In this document: piece after piece, positions 13,150 to 26,189 of the stretch | Position numbering within the stretch: the first letter of the stretch is position 1 | Layout of the letters: every line of letters begins with the position of its first letter | Assembly (NCBI GenBank): GCA_010909165.1 | Contig: MU008199.1 | Coordinates: 638,248 to 702,247, forward strand | Length of the DNA stretch: 64,000 bases | From: Anthoceros angustus | Taxonomy: Eukaryota; Plantae; Anthocerotophyta | Direction of reading: 5' to 3' | The notes under the pieces: model-generated | The model's input: the letters and a program-made list of their open reading frames with translations, nothing else | Database searches by the model: none | What the model was told of the DNA's origin: nothing | Translations under genes and position numbers: made by a program

Positions 13150-13403
13150 CTACTGATCAATGACGAGGAATCTGTTGTTTTGATTATAATCTTTGTAGCT
13201 AGATTGCCGCAAACATACTCCCCCAAAAAGAAGAAGAAAAAATAATAACAAAAAAATAATTCAGGTATGCTAAAGAACTAGGAATTAAAACATACTAGTC
13301 TTCAATTTCGCTCATCGTTGACCTTAGCCTTCAAGAAGGAAAGAATAATGCATTACTTTAATTTCACGTTCTTGTACATTTATAATCTGTGATGGTCATT
13401 GGT

Positions 13404-16400
13404 CCCGGTTTTCTTGTCTAGCCTAAGGAATTTCGACAACCGGCTTATGCAGGTTTTAAGCGACATCATCGCCCCAGGCACATTCGGGTCCACAAGGATT
13501 TTGATTGGACGACTTGGGAGGCTCAGCTGCGACTTACGTCTTCATCTACTTCCACTGTTGTCCCATTGGCCCCAAGTACCCCTCTTGGGCCCTCTCCGGA
13601 GTCTTGGCTATGGCTTCAAGGGCAGTCTGATCATCTTCTGGCTTTGTACGAAGCACGCTTCCCGGGTCCGCGCCTTTTTCGGTGCCTCCCACAATGCCTC
13701 AGACGACGCCTTTTGCCTATCGCCTTCCTTTGGACCGCAAGACAGACCCGGGAACGAGGCCGCCAGGCCTTGTTCCTTTTCTCCTCGGTGGTGTCTTTGT
13801 CGCTGTGGTGGTTTTGGGGCATCGAGGTCACCTCTCGTCGTTCGGCGGGATTGGGAGCTTTTGCGGAGGAGGCCGAGCGCCATGCGGTCTTGGTTGATTG
13901 GTGCATCGGGTTCATCCGGACCCTGCAAAGGCGCGTCTCAAATGATGCCTCCTACTGGGTCGCGCTGGGGAGTATGCTAGGGCGGCTCGGGCTCTTTGCT
14001 CAGTGCCGGTGGCGGCTGCCTCCGAGGAGACCATTGCTGCTCTTCGCGGGCTTCATCCAGGCCCAAGGAGCTCCACTTCGTAGGACATTCGGGACTTCGT
14101 CTCTGAACATCTGTCTTGTCTTGACAGAGCCATCTTCGGTCGGGACTTAACCACTGCCCCGCGCCTCTTTTCATGGCCTGGTTATGAACTCGCGTTTTTA
14201 AGCTCCTGCTGCGTCTGGCCATTTCTTTGACTAAGATGTGAAGAGAAGACCTTGAGGAGGCTCGCGCACCCGGAGAGAAAGGCGGGCGATTTCAAAGAGA
14301 GAACACACATTTGTCCGTGAAGAGAGCCGAAGGATGGTACCTACCACGACTCATCCGCCGGTTGTTAAGTGTGGAGGTCTTGTCCATGGCCAAATCATGC
14401 CACGATGCCGCATCCCTAGGTAGCCTATCTGGAACAGTCTATGACCACCTTCGGGACCATTTTATTCCTGAGGATCCTTCTAGCGGTTTTTCCGAGTTTT
14501 CCTGTTGTCGGCGGAGGGGAGACTCCTCCTCGGATCTCTCAAGTGTTGGGTGCAAGCAGGTTGTTGGTGATGGAGAAGCCCACCCCAGGAGTGTGCTCTA
14601 TTGCTGTCCGGGAGGCGTTCCTGTGACTTATTGGTCGTAGTATTTGCCCTCCAGCACCGGGAGCGCCCATGCCCATTTTAGTCCTCCTCAGTTGGGATTG
14701 CTACTACGGGGATGCAGTCCTGTGGGTTTTAGGGTGGAGTTTTCCTAGACCCACCTTGATGTTCTTCGTGCCGACGTGGAGAATGCCTTCAACACTGTCT
14801 TACGGTCGGGCATCTTCGACGAGCTCAAGAACGCAGGTGGGCAGTTGGCCGACCTTATTCCCTTTGTCCGCTCCTTTTATGAGTCTACTTCCAACCTCTA
14901 TTATCAGCATGGCCCCTTGGTGGAAGGGGTTTCTGTGTTAAGCTCAGCGATGGGCACTAGGCAAGGTGACCCTCTTGGGGGTGCTCTCTTTGCCATGGCA
15001 CATTTGTGGCTTTTGTCTTCAATCTTTCGTGTGAGAATGTTTGTAGCCCTGTAATCGATGATATCCATATCCTTGGGCCTGGAGACAAGGTAAAGGTGAC
15101 GTTTGATTCCTTCGCTTCAGAGCTCTCCCGCCTCGGTTTCAAAATCAAAATCATTAAATGCAATGTTTGGTCTCCCTCTGGCGTTGTGCTTTTTCTTCGA
15201 TGTTCGAAAGGGGATATTGCTTCTCCGCTGGGGCTTCGGGTTCTTGGTGTCCCGATTGGGCCTCCTGCCTTTACCCAGGATTATGTGGATGTGGCTTTGG
15301 CTGAGGATTTGTTGCACATCGATGACCTTTCTGAAATGGGAGACCCGCAAGTGGCATTTGGGATCCTCTCCTTTTGTTTTGCGCGTTGACCAGGGTACCT
15401 TCTCCGAACGGTTGCCCCCTCCCCGGTTTTCTTGTCTAGCCTAAGGAATTTCAACAAGTGGCTTATGTTGGTTTTAAGCGACATCATCGGCCCAGGCACC
15501 TTCGAAAGTGTCTTGACGGGATCTTCTTGGCGGCATTTTTCCGCCGCTTTTGGGGCATTGGTTTGCTGGCCATGGAGGCCTCCGCGCTAGCGGCTTTCTT
15601 AGGGAGCTGGGCTCTCTCTACCCCATCTTGTCCTCCCGTTTCTTAATTCGGCAGTCACATATCCTAGAGGCTTTTGTCGTGGGCGTTGAGAAGGGACTTT
15701 TCCTATGCAGGCCTTGCTAAGATTAGCCAGGGACTCTTAATCCTCCGAGGCGAGGGCTGCCATGCCGTCTTTTTCCTCGCTTCTCGAGGTTGGGCTCTGG
15801 GGGCTTCAAGCGTCCCTTCTAGAGAAACAGTACGGGCAGGTGCAGTTGGCCCTCCTCCGGGATTTCTCCATTCCTAGGCCCACTCGGGCTCTTCTCCGCT
15901 CTTGCTCGGGTAAGGGGGCAAGTTGATAGCTTCTGGCTTGACCGAGTATTCAGGCGTTCCGCATCGCACCAGCAACTTTTTCCACCGTGATGCGTTTTCG
16001 CCTTGGATTGGTCCAACCTTTGGCTTGCTCTCTTTCAACTTGCAGCTGCAGGGCCCTCTCGATGACTTTGGAATAAACTTGGCTCGCTGTCCCGCAGGTG
16101 GGCAGCGTATCGCTACGCATGATACCATACGAGACGTCATGTTCTCTATTGCTAGGGAAGGCGGGTTCCTTCCATTTAGGGAGCGCCCTGACACCCTGCT
16201 CAACGGTATTTCGCTTAGGGCATATCTATTTTTGATCCGAGGGGATCAGGTTTCAGTTGCTGATGTGGTTGTAACCGATCCTACCCGAGATAGTGTCTGC
16301 GAACATGTTATTCTTAACCCTCCAGGTTGGGCGGCGGAGGGATGTGCAACGGATAAGGTCCAGAAGTACTCTCCTATGCAAGACGGCCACGCCTTCGTCC

Positions 16401-16852
16401 CCCTTGCTATTGAGACTCACGGAGCCATGGGCAAGGATTTCTCTAGGTTCGTCAAGCCTTGACGAACCTAGAGAACTTAGAGAAGCCTTGACGAATCCTT
16501 ACCCATCGTTCGCCAAGGCTTATCATAACCGCAAGAATGGGGTTGGCCTTCGCCTTTCTTGTATTGTTGCTTTCTTCCGGCAAAGGGTTTCCATCGCTCT
16601 GCAGAGGGTGTTGGCCAACACAGTGTACAGAACGATAGTGAGCGCGGGGGATGCAGCTTTTTCGACACCGGTGGTAAGTAGGCCTTTTCACATCCATGAC
16701 CACAAAGTTCTTCAGGCGGTTGGTAGTTTTGAGATGCGTGATCGTGGGGGCTAGTCCCCCTGGCATGGTGCCCTTCGTTGGGTTTTTCCCCCTTTGTTTT
16801 TGGGGTGGATGAGTTTTTCCCATCTCTTTTTTATAATAAAGTCTTCTTTTCC
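13404..16852 (+). mobile_element. CRE-like non-LTR retrotransposon (RT + C-terminal restriction-like endonuclease), copy 1
   Basis: RT motifs KPTPGVCSIAVREAF, NAFNTV.R, GTRQGDPLGGALF, (V)IDDIHILGP and LRVLGVPIG. Endonuclease region LARCPAGGQRIATHDTIRD...GDQVSVADVVVTDP...KVQKY...FVPLAIETHGAMG. AATAAA near 16835. Flanked by the direct repeat GATGGTCATTGGT at 13391-13403 and 16853-16865 (TSD). Confidence 0.85.
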
Positions 16853-17318
16853 GATGGTCATTGGTGAAGAACACTTCATGCTTAGTAGCATATCTAAGCT
16901 AATTAGTAATGTATTATTAATATATATAGTATATAAAATATGAATAAAAAATATTTTTGACTATTTCGAGACTTTTATGTGGTAGCATGAGTATTTAGTA
17001 ATTTATTATATGTTATGATAAGGTCAATTTTTAAGTGAAAATTAGCTTGAAATTAATGTAAAAAAAATGCAACCACTGGCAAATGGTTAGGTGGCTCCGC
17101 AACCAAAAAGCTTCTATCTCATATGGTTAGTATTGGCTCAAGGTGAGTAACACTAGTTTGTCTAAGTTGTCTTCTTCTTTTGGGGTCTCTATAAATTAGG
17201 GGTCTCTCCGATTTCAGCTACCGTTTTGTTGCTCCATGTCTGGTTTGCTTTATTTCTCAAATGTTGGTCAACATGGAACATGTCCTTGTGCTTGGATCAT
17301 CTCACTCTGTGAACACTT

Positions 17319-17454
17319 GTTGATAATTAATATGCTTGGATTAAGTACTTCAGTTGATAATTGATATGCTTGGATTAAGTACGTCAGTTGATAATTGATA
17401 TGCTTGGATTAAGTACGTCAGTTGATAATTGATATGCTTGGATTAAGTACTTCA
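17319..17454. repeat. 34-bp tandem repeat x4
   Basis: Unit GTTGATAATTGATATGCTTGGATTAAGTACGTCA starts at 17319, 17353, 17387 and 17421, with no spacers. Confidence 0.95.
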
Positions 17455-19402
17455 CTTTTCAAGCTGCAGCTTGTTGGATATATAGGACCACAAGTACAAC
17501 AAGTATTAATCAATTCACACTTACTATTTAAAGTGTAGCTTCATTGTAATCATGTCAAGCATGCAAAGATTCATAGTATCCAGGGTGACAGAGTGCGAAG
17601 AACTTGCAGTAGTTCTTCATGTCCTTTTCCATTGCGAACAACTTGCACTAGTTTTTCATGTCCTCTTCCACTGCGGGTTCACAGTAGCAATGTTTAGCGT
17701 GTAGGTTCATACTTATATATATCAAGGACACAAGTACAAATGGTGAAGATCGGCATCTAATTACATGTATCAAGAACACAGGTACAAATGATATTAGATT
17801 GCAATGGTTTTCGTTTACAGTTGAAGTGTAGGCATGTCCTACTTGCGCCTAGCCATATTTTCCATCTAGTTATACATATTGGGAACAAGTATAACTACTA
17901 GTTAACTCGTGACTCAGTTCATAGTTATAGTTGAAGTGATAACATATACGATGATGACGATTGCAGGAACTTTATTTGTTTCCGTGCCCTACCCTTAGAT
18001 AAGTTTGCTAGCATACTAATAGGCAATAATAAAAAAACATCATTTAACACTAGGTCTTGGCAGTTTGGTTGTTCATTGGTCATGGTGTCCATTCTTTGCA
18101 ATGTCAAGTGTGTGTCATACTCACAATCTTATATTATCTAGCAATGAATCAGTATCAGTTTATTGCGGCAATGGAAGTGATAAAATATGATGATGGTGAT
18201 TGGTTGTTTTGGCTCAAACCCTTAATAATCCAAGTGATAACATGTGATAATGGTGATTGCAAGAAGCTTAGTTGGAGCACTTAAAACCTTAACTTAGAAA
18301 CAATGGGTACCATGATCATCTTAGCTCATTTGGTTTAGTGAAACTATTAGTTTAGATACACTGGTGGCTATAATGATTTGCGCTCAATTGGCTCAATCGA
18401 AACCCTTAATTTTGATTCAAGTGGGCACCATAATGAGTTTAGCTCATTTCGCTGAGTTGAAACCATTAATTTAGAAATAGTAACTACTATAACAATTTTA
18501 CCTGAAACAAAACCCTAAGCTTATGTATTATAGCTACCATTTTAGTCCAATTTATGATGTGTGAAGTAGAAACAATCACTCTTTTTATTTTTTGTAGTCC
18601 AATTTATAATCTTAAAATAGTCACTAGGGCAGGATCTACATTTTTTGGTAATCCAAATCCTTGGGGAGGTAGTCAATGTGCATTGTTTTTTATTTTTAAT
18701 AATATAATATCTCTTTTTATTTTAATAATAGTAAAAATATGTTACCATAATGTTGAGGATGGTTATGAGGTCTTTCACATCTATAGTTGCAAGACTGCTG
18801 TGTCCCTAAATATGAGATTTGGTAGGTGGATTAGCTAAGTCTAGAAGAAATGGTATGGAGGTGATTATCAGTTGAATGAAATGAAGGGAGGGACATCGAG
18901 TTCATATTCAGTGTATTAAGTTTTTTTTGGCTTAGCGCTTAGCCTTAGCCGGGGCCCGGGGGCCAGTGCGGGTCCGGGAGCTTAGTAGGATCCCAGCCAG
19001 GCTAGCTTGATGGGAATGAGAAAACATGGGGGTGTGCAGTGGAGAAAGAGCATGGGCTTGGCACCCTTTGGGTTTACATGGAAGCGAGACAAGGCTGGAA
19101 AATGGAGTCTGATGGACTGTGCACATGTTTGATGACACAGAGCGTGATGAGCGTCGGCGTCGGCAGCAGCAGCACATTCCCATCCCGGCTGCGGAAACGG
19201 AATCCAGGCAGGAAGCAAGCACTGCTGCTGCAACTTGATTATACCTGCACCTGCAATGCCAATGTAGGGTCGGAGTTGTACCGAAGAACGCGGCCTGGGC
19301 TCCCACTTCCCAGACAAGCCACCTGCGAAGCTTGGTCGGCCAATATGAGCTAGGACACAGGTTTTCTAATGTTGCACCACCCAGGTGCTTAGCAGCACGG
19401 AC

Positions 19403-22400
19403 ATGGCAGCTAATTTAAGGTTGGATACCTGCTCCACCGCTGCAGACGCCTCCCCGTTCCATTCCTCCAGCCATCGCAGCAACTTCGGGGGTCATAATTC
19501 CACCTTGGAGCGCTCCGCTAGCGTCCGGGATGTGCACGAGGGTAGCCGTGTGGTGGCAGCAGGAGCAGGAGCAGGAGGTGGTGTACCCGGCAACCCTTCT
19601 GGCAGCAGCGCTGGTCCCAACGGAGCCTTGTCGCACCAGGACAATTCTTCCCTGGTGAATGTGCTGTGGCTGGATAGTTTGCCAGTAGGAGAGCCGCGCC
19701 AACGCCAATCGGAACTCCGCAAGGCAATCAGTGTGGCAGTAGGTGCGCCCATGGATGCCACTCCTGGGGGGGCCCAGCCTAAGCATTTACATATGCAGAC
19801 ACCTGCTGAGATCAAGCAGCTTAAGGCTTGCTTGACGGACAATTGCACCAGGGCAAGGTGGGTTTGTCTAACCTGCCTGCCTCATCATCCTCCTTGTGCA
19901 TAATCCTTGTCCAACTCAATTGCCTTGTTTCTCATGGCGACCTAAAGTAGCGACCACTGTGTAGTCAGTCTGTTGTGGACTCCTCCTATGTTCACGTATA
20001 TGGGTTTTTGTCTCTATGTATGGGATGCAATCAAGTTGCTAGTGGGTGCATAGATATCTGGATATCAGCGTGATGTTAGAGATGGCTTTTTTGGGTTGCT
20101 GGACATGGTGCATTACAACACTTTGGATCACTAGAGACATGCAGTTTTAAGATCTGTTGTAGCTTCCCATTGTGGTCTTCATACTGATGGCTAGGTTGTG
20201 TTGTTTTTTGATACATCAGGGAACGTGTGAATAAACTTGGGGAAGCGGTGACTAAGTTGGAGAAGTTCCAAACTGGTGCAACTAGGAAGCGGTCCAGACC
20301 AGATGCAGCTTCCTACGAGAGGACTGTCTCCATGGAACGCTCTGGGACTGCTGCATATGTTTCCAAGGGAGGCCCAGGATTTGCCACAAACCATGCTGGC
20401 AGCACTGATTCTGGGATGCAGAAAGTTGGGGACAAAAGTAGAAACGCATCCCAGGCCATCACCAATGCTGCCCCTAACAGTGCAGCGCCGAACAAGCGGA
20501 TGCGGACGTCCTTGTCCTTGAGTGCTCAGAGACCTTTGCTTGACAGGGAGAGAGATCAGGCAAGGCTGAGTAGCTATGCGGCCTCCCCTGTGGAGGACAA
20601 AGACAGATCTGTGCCTCTCAACAGTGACAAGGCAAAGATGAAAGGGCGCAGGTCTGGCATGAAGACAGATGTTGCTTCAGTAGCAGTGAACAACGGTTCT
20701 GCTGAAGGTGACCGTGATCTCAAGTGGAATGCTCAACAACAGCGGTTGAGTGCTGATACCCGCTCCAGACCCGTTGATGTGCATGGCTTCAGGTAGACTC
20801 CTAATTTGAAGTCATGATCATGGGGCAGTCCCTTTGTTTGTTGGTGTTTTGGTCAGATATGATTCGGTATGGCTTCCTAGAGTGGTTTTTTGGGTGGTAA
20901 CTGTGTGTGTCATTGTCTTTCAAGGAGGGTTGCAAATGTTGAGCTCTGCCTTTTCTTCTGGATGTCAGGCCTCCTAGAGAGGAGAATCCCTCTCCTAGTC
21001 CGACAGTTACCACCAAAGCGAAAGCTGCCAGGGCTCCAAGATCTGGCTCAGGAGCAGGTGGAAGCACTGTGTCTCATATTCCGCGTGGATCCTATCCTGG
21101 AGACAGTAGAGAGCGTTCATCTGGTACAGTGGTCAAGTGTGCACAACCCACTGCTTTGAATAACAGAAAGCGGCCAGCTCCAACGAGGTCCTCATCCCCT
21201 CCCACGCACTGGGTGGGTCAGAGGCCTCCAAAGATGGCCCGGATAGCACGGAGGATGATAAATGGCGCTGCTGGTGTTCCTGCATCTCGAGAGGGAAGCA
21301 TCTCAGCAGAAGGTGCTGCTGGCCGTGAAGCCAGTGCAAGGCCTAACAGTGCTGGGGCGCCTGGGTCAGGTGCTCCACGGAGGGCTGGAGGCCCGAGCAC
21401 TCAGCTCCCTTCACACAGTAAGCCCAGAAGTGACAGGAATTCACAGCCTGTAGGTGCCTCTGATAGTGACGAATCTGACGAGGACAATGAGAAGCTGAAA
21501 GAAAAAGGAAGAAAACATGGAATTTGGGATGAAAAGCCTGTCAGTGGGAATCAGAAAATGGGAAATGTGACTGCGCAGGCTAAAAAGACTCGAGTTGTGC
21601 CAAAGGAGGAGGTTGGTGATGGCATTCGGAGGCAAGGCAGGAGTGGCAGGGGCCCCTCTACTCCAAGAACTGGTGTAAGATCATCAATTACTGAAAAAGT
21701 CGAGGGCCCTGTTAATGCTAAACAGCTGAGAAGTACACGAGTGGTTGTTGAGAAGGCGGACAGGTTGGTTTTGCACTCTTTTTCAAGCCTGAATATCAAA
21801 TCTATCCTACTTATCGCTGCCCGTTTTTAATCTTGGCTCCCGGTCAAGGTTATGTTGTCACTTGTTGGAGCTCATTTCAGTCAAATTGGTTGTGCATATT
21901 CAGTCTGGTTGGAAGACCGGGGAGGCCATCACTGAAAAAGAACATTATTGATCGCAAGCCAGTAACTAGACCACGGAGACCCATGGGAGGCCTAGCAGGG
22001 GATTTGTCAGGTTTTTCGATTAGAAATTTTCTCTGGATCTTCGATTTTGCTGAAGTGTTTGGCCTTATCATGTAATTGCATGTGGCAGACTGCATATGGT
22101 GCTCCAGATTATTGTACTTGTATCTATTATCTTCTCCTCATCTTTGCTGCTTTTGATCTTGCTAGGGGAGTCAGATGACGACATTGAGGAGCTAAATACT
22201 GCTATAAAGCAAGCAGGGAATACAAGTGAGTTTATTGCTTTGTAGCTTAGATAACTCGATCCACCTGAATTCATACATGGTGCTCAGAGCAGTAAAATGG
22301 AGGTAGTATTCTAATTTGTTCTATTTGATTTTGTGGTGTGTCCAGCTGCTGCATGCCCCAACGCCTTCTGGAAGCAAGTGGAACCCTACTTTGCTTTTGT

Positions 22401-25354
22401 GTCCCAAGAAGACCTTGGCTTTCTTCGTCAGCAAGTAAAATCTGTCGCCTATTTTTTCCATCATGTTGGGGAGATGAATACCTTGCAGCATGAATTGTCT
22501 TCTTCTGGCCCATGTTTGATGCTTGTTGCTGTGAAGTCACTTCAGGAATTAAGGTTTGGTTGCTTATTATTTTTGCTTCATGCAGGTGGGGCCTTTGTAT
22601 GATATAGATAATGTGGCTCAGATTCCTGGGCGTGCAGAACAACCTGGGAAGGTTTGTCCTTGCCCCTGCGGGGTGGCAGTTCACTTGTCATTAGTGCATC
22701 ACAGCTGATGATAAAATTTAAAGGATAAGAATCAACTGTCTTATATCTTGCACTTTTTCAGGTGAGTTTGCTTGTGAAGTGTGTTCCACCAGTCAATCCA
22801 AACGTTGACAGTATTGGTGGGAGATCAGTGGGTATCAGCAATGGTATTGGGGGAATTGAAGATGGCATGGTTAAGAAGCTTATCCACGACCAGAACCACC
22901 ATCATGATGGTTGTAAAGGGCCAAGGAGAGCCTCATGCAGTGTGTGGATTGACAAGGGTTCCTCCATCGCGCAGAGACTCTTAGCAGCTATCATTCACGA
23001 GAAAGACATTGAAGATGCAAGGAAAAGCCAGGATGAAACTTGCGAAGTTGATGCATTGGGACATGTTTTGGGCTCCCCTGTTGGAGCCAATAGTCTAAGT
23101 GAGAACAACCGGGCTGACCATGAAAGGGAGGAAGAGAGTGATGGGGATTTGGGGAGAGATGGGGATTTTGGGAGACATGATCCTGAAAGATGGAGTAGGC
23201 AGTCGAGAGAAAGTCAAGTGTTTGATGAGAATGGTGTTTCCAACGGTCATGGGTATTCGGGTGAGGGGAACTTCACCCACAGCAATGAGTTGGGTGAAGG
23301 AGATAGTGTATTGCGGGATGCCGAAGTGGAGGTGTCTGATGCTCCTCTGGAGGCCGTCCCTTCTGAAGAGTTTCTTCGAGGGGGTGGGTCAAGAAGCAAA
23401 GAAGGCAAGCAAGACGCAGGTAGACCCTTTGGATCAGTAGCAGGAATGGCAGCCTGGAAATTCCAGTGGGAGCGCATGAGTGTGGATGAGAGGATACAAG
23501 TGGAGCTCCGAAGCATTGGATTGATAGTGGAACAAGGGGTAAGTTGAAGAGAATGTGCATGTCGTCTATGGTTGGTCAGGTGCTGGTAAAACGTACATTC
23601 ACTAATTTGGTGGGCACAGCAGGTGCATATGGGTTCACGAGAAGAAGAAGATTCTTGTAAAGAATTGCAGAAGCTCCAGCGTGAATGTAACAACCAGGTG
23701 TGTGTCATTGATGATAACTGGTGGAGTATATCTTGGATTTTGTTGTAAAACAACTGTGCTTCTAAATTGTAGCAGAGGTCTGAGAGTTGTGCCAAAGCTT
23801 CTCTCTCACACATACTGGTCCCTGCTTCAGGTGTGTGTGAACCAGGTGCGAGTACATGCTCTTGAGAATACTGTCAGGGAGAATGATGAAAGGTGTGACA
23901 GCTTACCGTCCATCAAATTCTGTTATGATTGTCTAGGTCTGGGGACCTTCCAGTTTAGCATCATGGCCTAGAGGGACTGGACAGGTAGACAAGGATTGCG
24001 GCACAGAATCATCTAACTTAATCATCTAACTTGTCTGTAACAGGGGACGGGAGCGTCTTGTGTTGTCGAAGTATGTGGAACTGGCTTACAATCGGCGAAT
24101 ACTGGTATTCTTTTCTTGTATACACAGGGTAGGATGTATGGCCATAATCTCGCAGTGGGCCAAGTTTTGATTAAGGAGAGGTGTAGCTATGGACTGTGCA
24201 GAATGTTTCATACTCAATGACCGCGGAGTGACTTTACGAGTACTGCTCCTGTTGTGCAGGGTTGTCGTGGTGGGAAGGAGGGCACCTCAGGAGGGAAGGG
24301 GTCTTCTGGTAAGGGTGCAAGAACAACCGCATTGGCATTTGCCAAAAGGGCATTGGATAGGGTGCGGAGGCATGAGGCAGGTGAGAGTTGCTTGTATAAC
24401 GCCGGTCTCTGGGATGCATTAAACTGTGGGAATCCAAGAGAGACGTTATCAAACATCATCACAGTCAGAAGTATGGAGGGTGACAGTCCCGCACAACTTG
24501 GTGAAGTTGCTGCTAATGTCCCAGGTGGACACAGCCAGCCATCAGGTATTACATTTCGGTGCCTTCTTCCTGCCTATTTCCCAAAGAGGCTACTTGACAT
24601 CAGGTCCCTGATGTGTGGAACTTGAAAACTCGCAGCTGGGGCAGCAGCGGAAGGGGTGGGACGGCTTTCCTCAAGGCTGTATGATTCAAGAGTTAAAGTT
24701 GATACAGAGGTATTTGAAGGGTATACGCACTCGATTGGTGTAACTGAGCACATGAAGGTTAAGGAGGAATCCTGGCTCTCCCGGGTGAAAGAGAAGGAAA
24801 TGCTCCTGGAAGATGTTGGTCAAGCTAGTGTAGGACATGAATTCAGTCAGTTTGGGAAATTGAACTGCCTTGGTGGCACGAAAGGGAAGCGCAGTGAGCG
24901 GGACTGGGGAGGTAAAGGCCAAGGTCAACATCAAAGTCATGTGAAAGACACAGGTGCAATAGTCAAAGGTATGCGGCAGGGTATCTCAAGTGTCAAAGGT
25001 GAAAGGAAGACGAAAACCAAGCTGAGGCAGAAGATTGCGCCGCTCCCCAAAGGTGTTAACGGTTTGGTAGGCAGACCACATGAGCATCACGGAGGTGCAC
25101 CGTTTGCCTCTCAAGACCCTAATGGCAATGGCGTAGGCAAGGTAGATTCTGTACTGAGCGCAACAAAATCACGGCAGGAGTCAGATGAGCAAGTAGTAGA
25201 CCTCTCTCACATTCCTATACCGGGAATAGACGAGCTTGGAGTCACTGAGAACTGGTTGGATTTTGAAGAAATAGGTCTACAAGCAACTGGCGAAGCCATG
25301 ATGGGTCTAGATGTTCCAATGGATGATCTCTCCGAGCTTCACATGATGATGTAG
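19403..25354 (+). CDS. Plant SAGA complex subunit / ADA3-like protein (At4g29790/At2g19390/At5g22450 family), 13 coding exons, ~1374 aa
   Basis: Exons 19403-19857, 20220-20792, 20969-21763, 21904-22010, 22166-22225, 22346-22434, 22586-22651, 22762-23538, 23623-23697, 23831-23892, 24044-24104, 24260-24545, 24636-25354. All are GT-AG with matching phases and total 4125 nt. Family motifs: LERSASVR, KLEKF..RKRSR, RAPRSGS, WVGQRPPKMARIARR, FWKQVEPYFAFVSQEDLGFLRQQ, QRLLAAII, WERMSVDERIQVELRSIGL, KGKRSERD, KGERKTKTKLRQK, GLDVPMDDLSEL. Some acceptor choices and the start codon are inferred. Confidence 0.88.
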
Positions 25355-26189
25355 ATTGCATTGAGGAAGGAGTGGCTGGCCTTGTCACATCCGTTGCTGA
25401 AGGGGTTGCAGGGCCGGTGTCTAACCATATCATGCAACAGCGTTCCCTGGAATTTGTCGAAAAGCAGGCTGTTAGGACCAGAGAAAGTACTCTGAATCCT
25501 GCAGCACCTCTGAGATTGGATTGACTTTACCGACGGCAACTGTACACTCTTTGCAAAGTGATTGTAGGAACCTTGTACACAGTAGGTGACCCCCTTTGAT
25601 CTGGTAGCATCTCATGCATGTGGGGAGATTTGTCATGCCGAATTGGGTGGCAAGTTGGGTTCCCCTCTTCCCACATCTTGACTCTACTCTGCATCTTCAA
25701 TAACAGCTCCTCGTCGTCCTTGTATTGTAGTCTTGGATAGTTAAACAGTTTCAGGCCACTATTGTATTAGCGGACATACTGCTGCTGGTTATCTGCAGAT
25801 TCTTCATTGGCGTGTACTTTCTCCGCCCAAGAGACTTTCCATCTTCGTTTCCCTTTCTCCTTTAAACACTGGTTGCCTAAGATCGGCTGCTCGGCCACGG
25901 CTCCCTCCAGCTTCCACCACATGAGGCAAGCGAAAGGAAAGTGCGAAAAGCAACGGCTTAAGACATCCGCAAATCCAGTCTTGCTGTAAGTGCTTCTAGT
26001 GTTTTTTGTAGTGTGTTTTTTATAGGGGCATTTCCCAATTGGGAGGTGTTTCTTTGACTTGAGTCAAATGGTGCTCTCTTCCAATGAAGATGCGCTTCAC
26101 GAGAGCACGCAAAATACGTCTGGCTAGCTTTGCGACCCCCGTCAGACATGTTAGAATCTATTATGTTCACAGTTTTTATTCTTTAGCAC

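Noticed and set aside
17319-17454. 34-bp repeats (and the 26-bp repeats at 13048-13149) as a CRISPR array
   Set aside because: The units are contiguous with no unique spacers, there are no cas genes, and the context is eukaryotic. These are ordinary minisatellites.
18150-18520. Degenerate AAACCCTTAAT-containing repeats upstream of the gene as regulatory elements
   Set aside because: The units are too diverged to define, and no function can be supported from sequence alone.
19010-19353. Upstream ORFs in the host gene leader (e.g. 19010-19132)
   Set aside because: The transcription start and leader splicing are unknown, and no conservation data are available.
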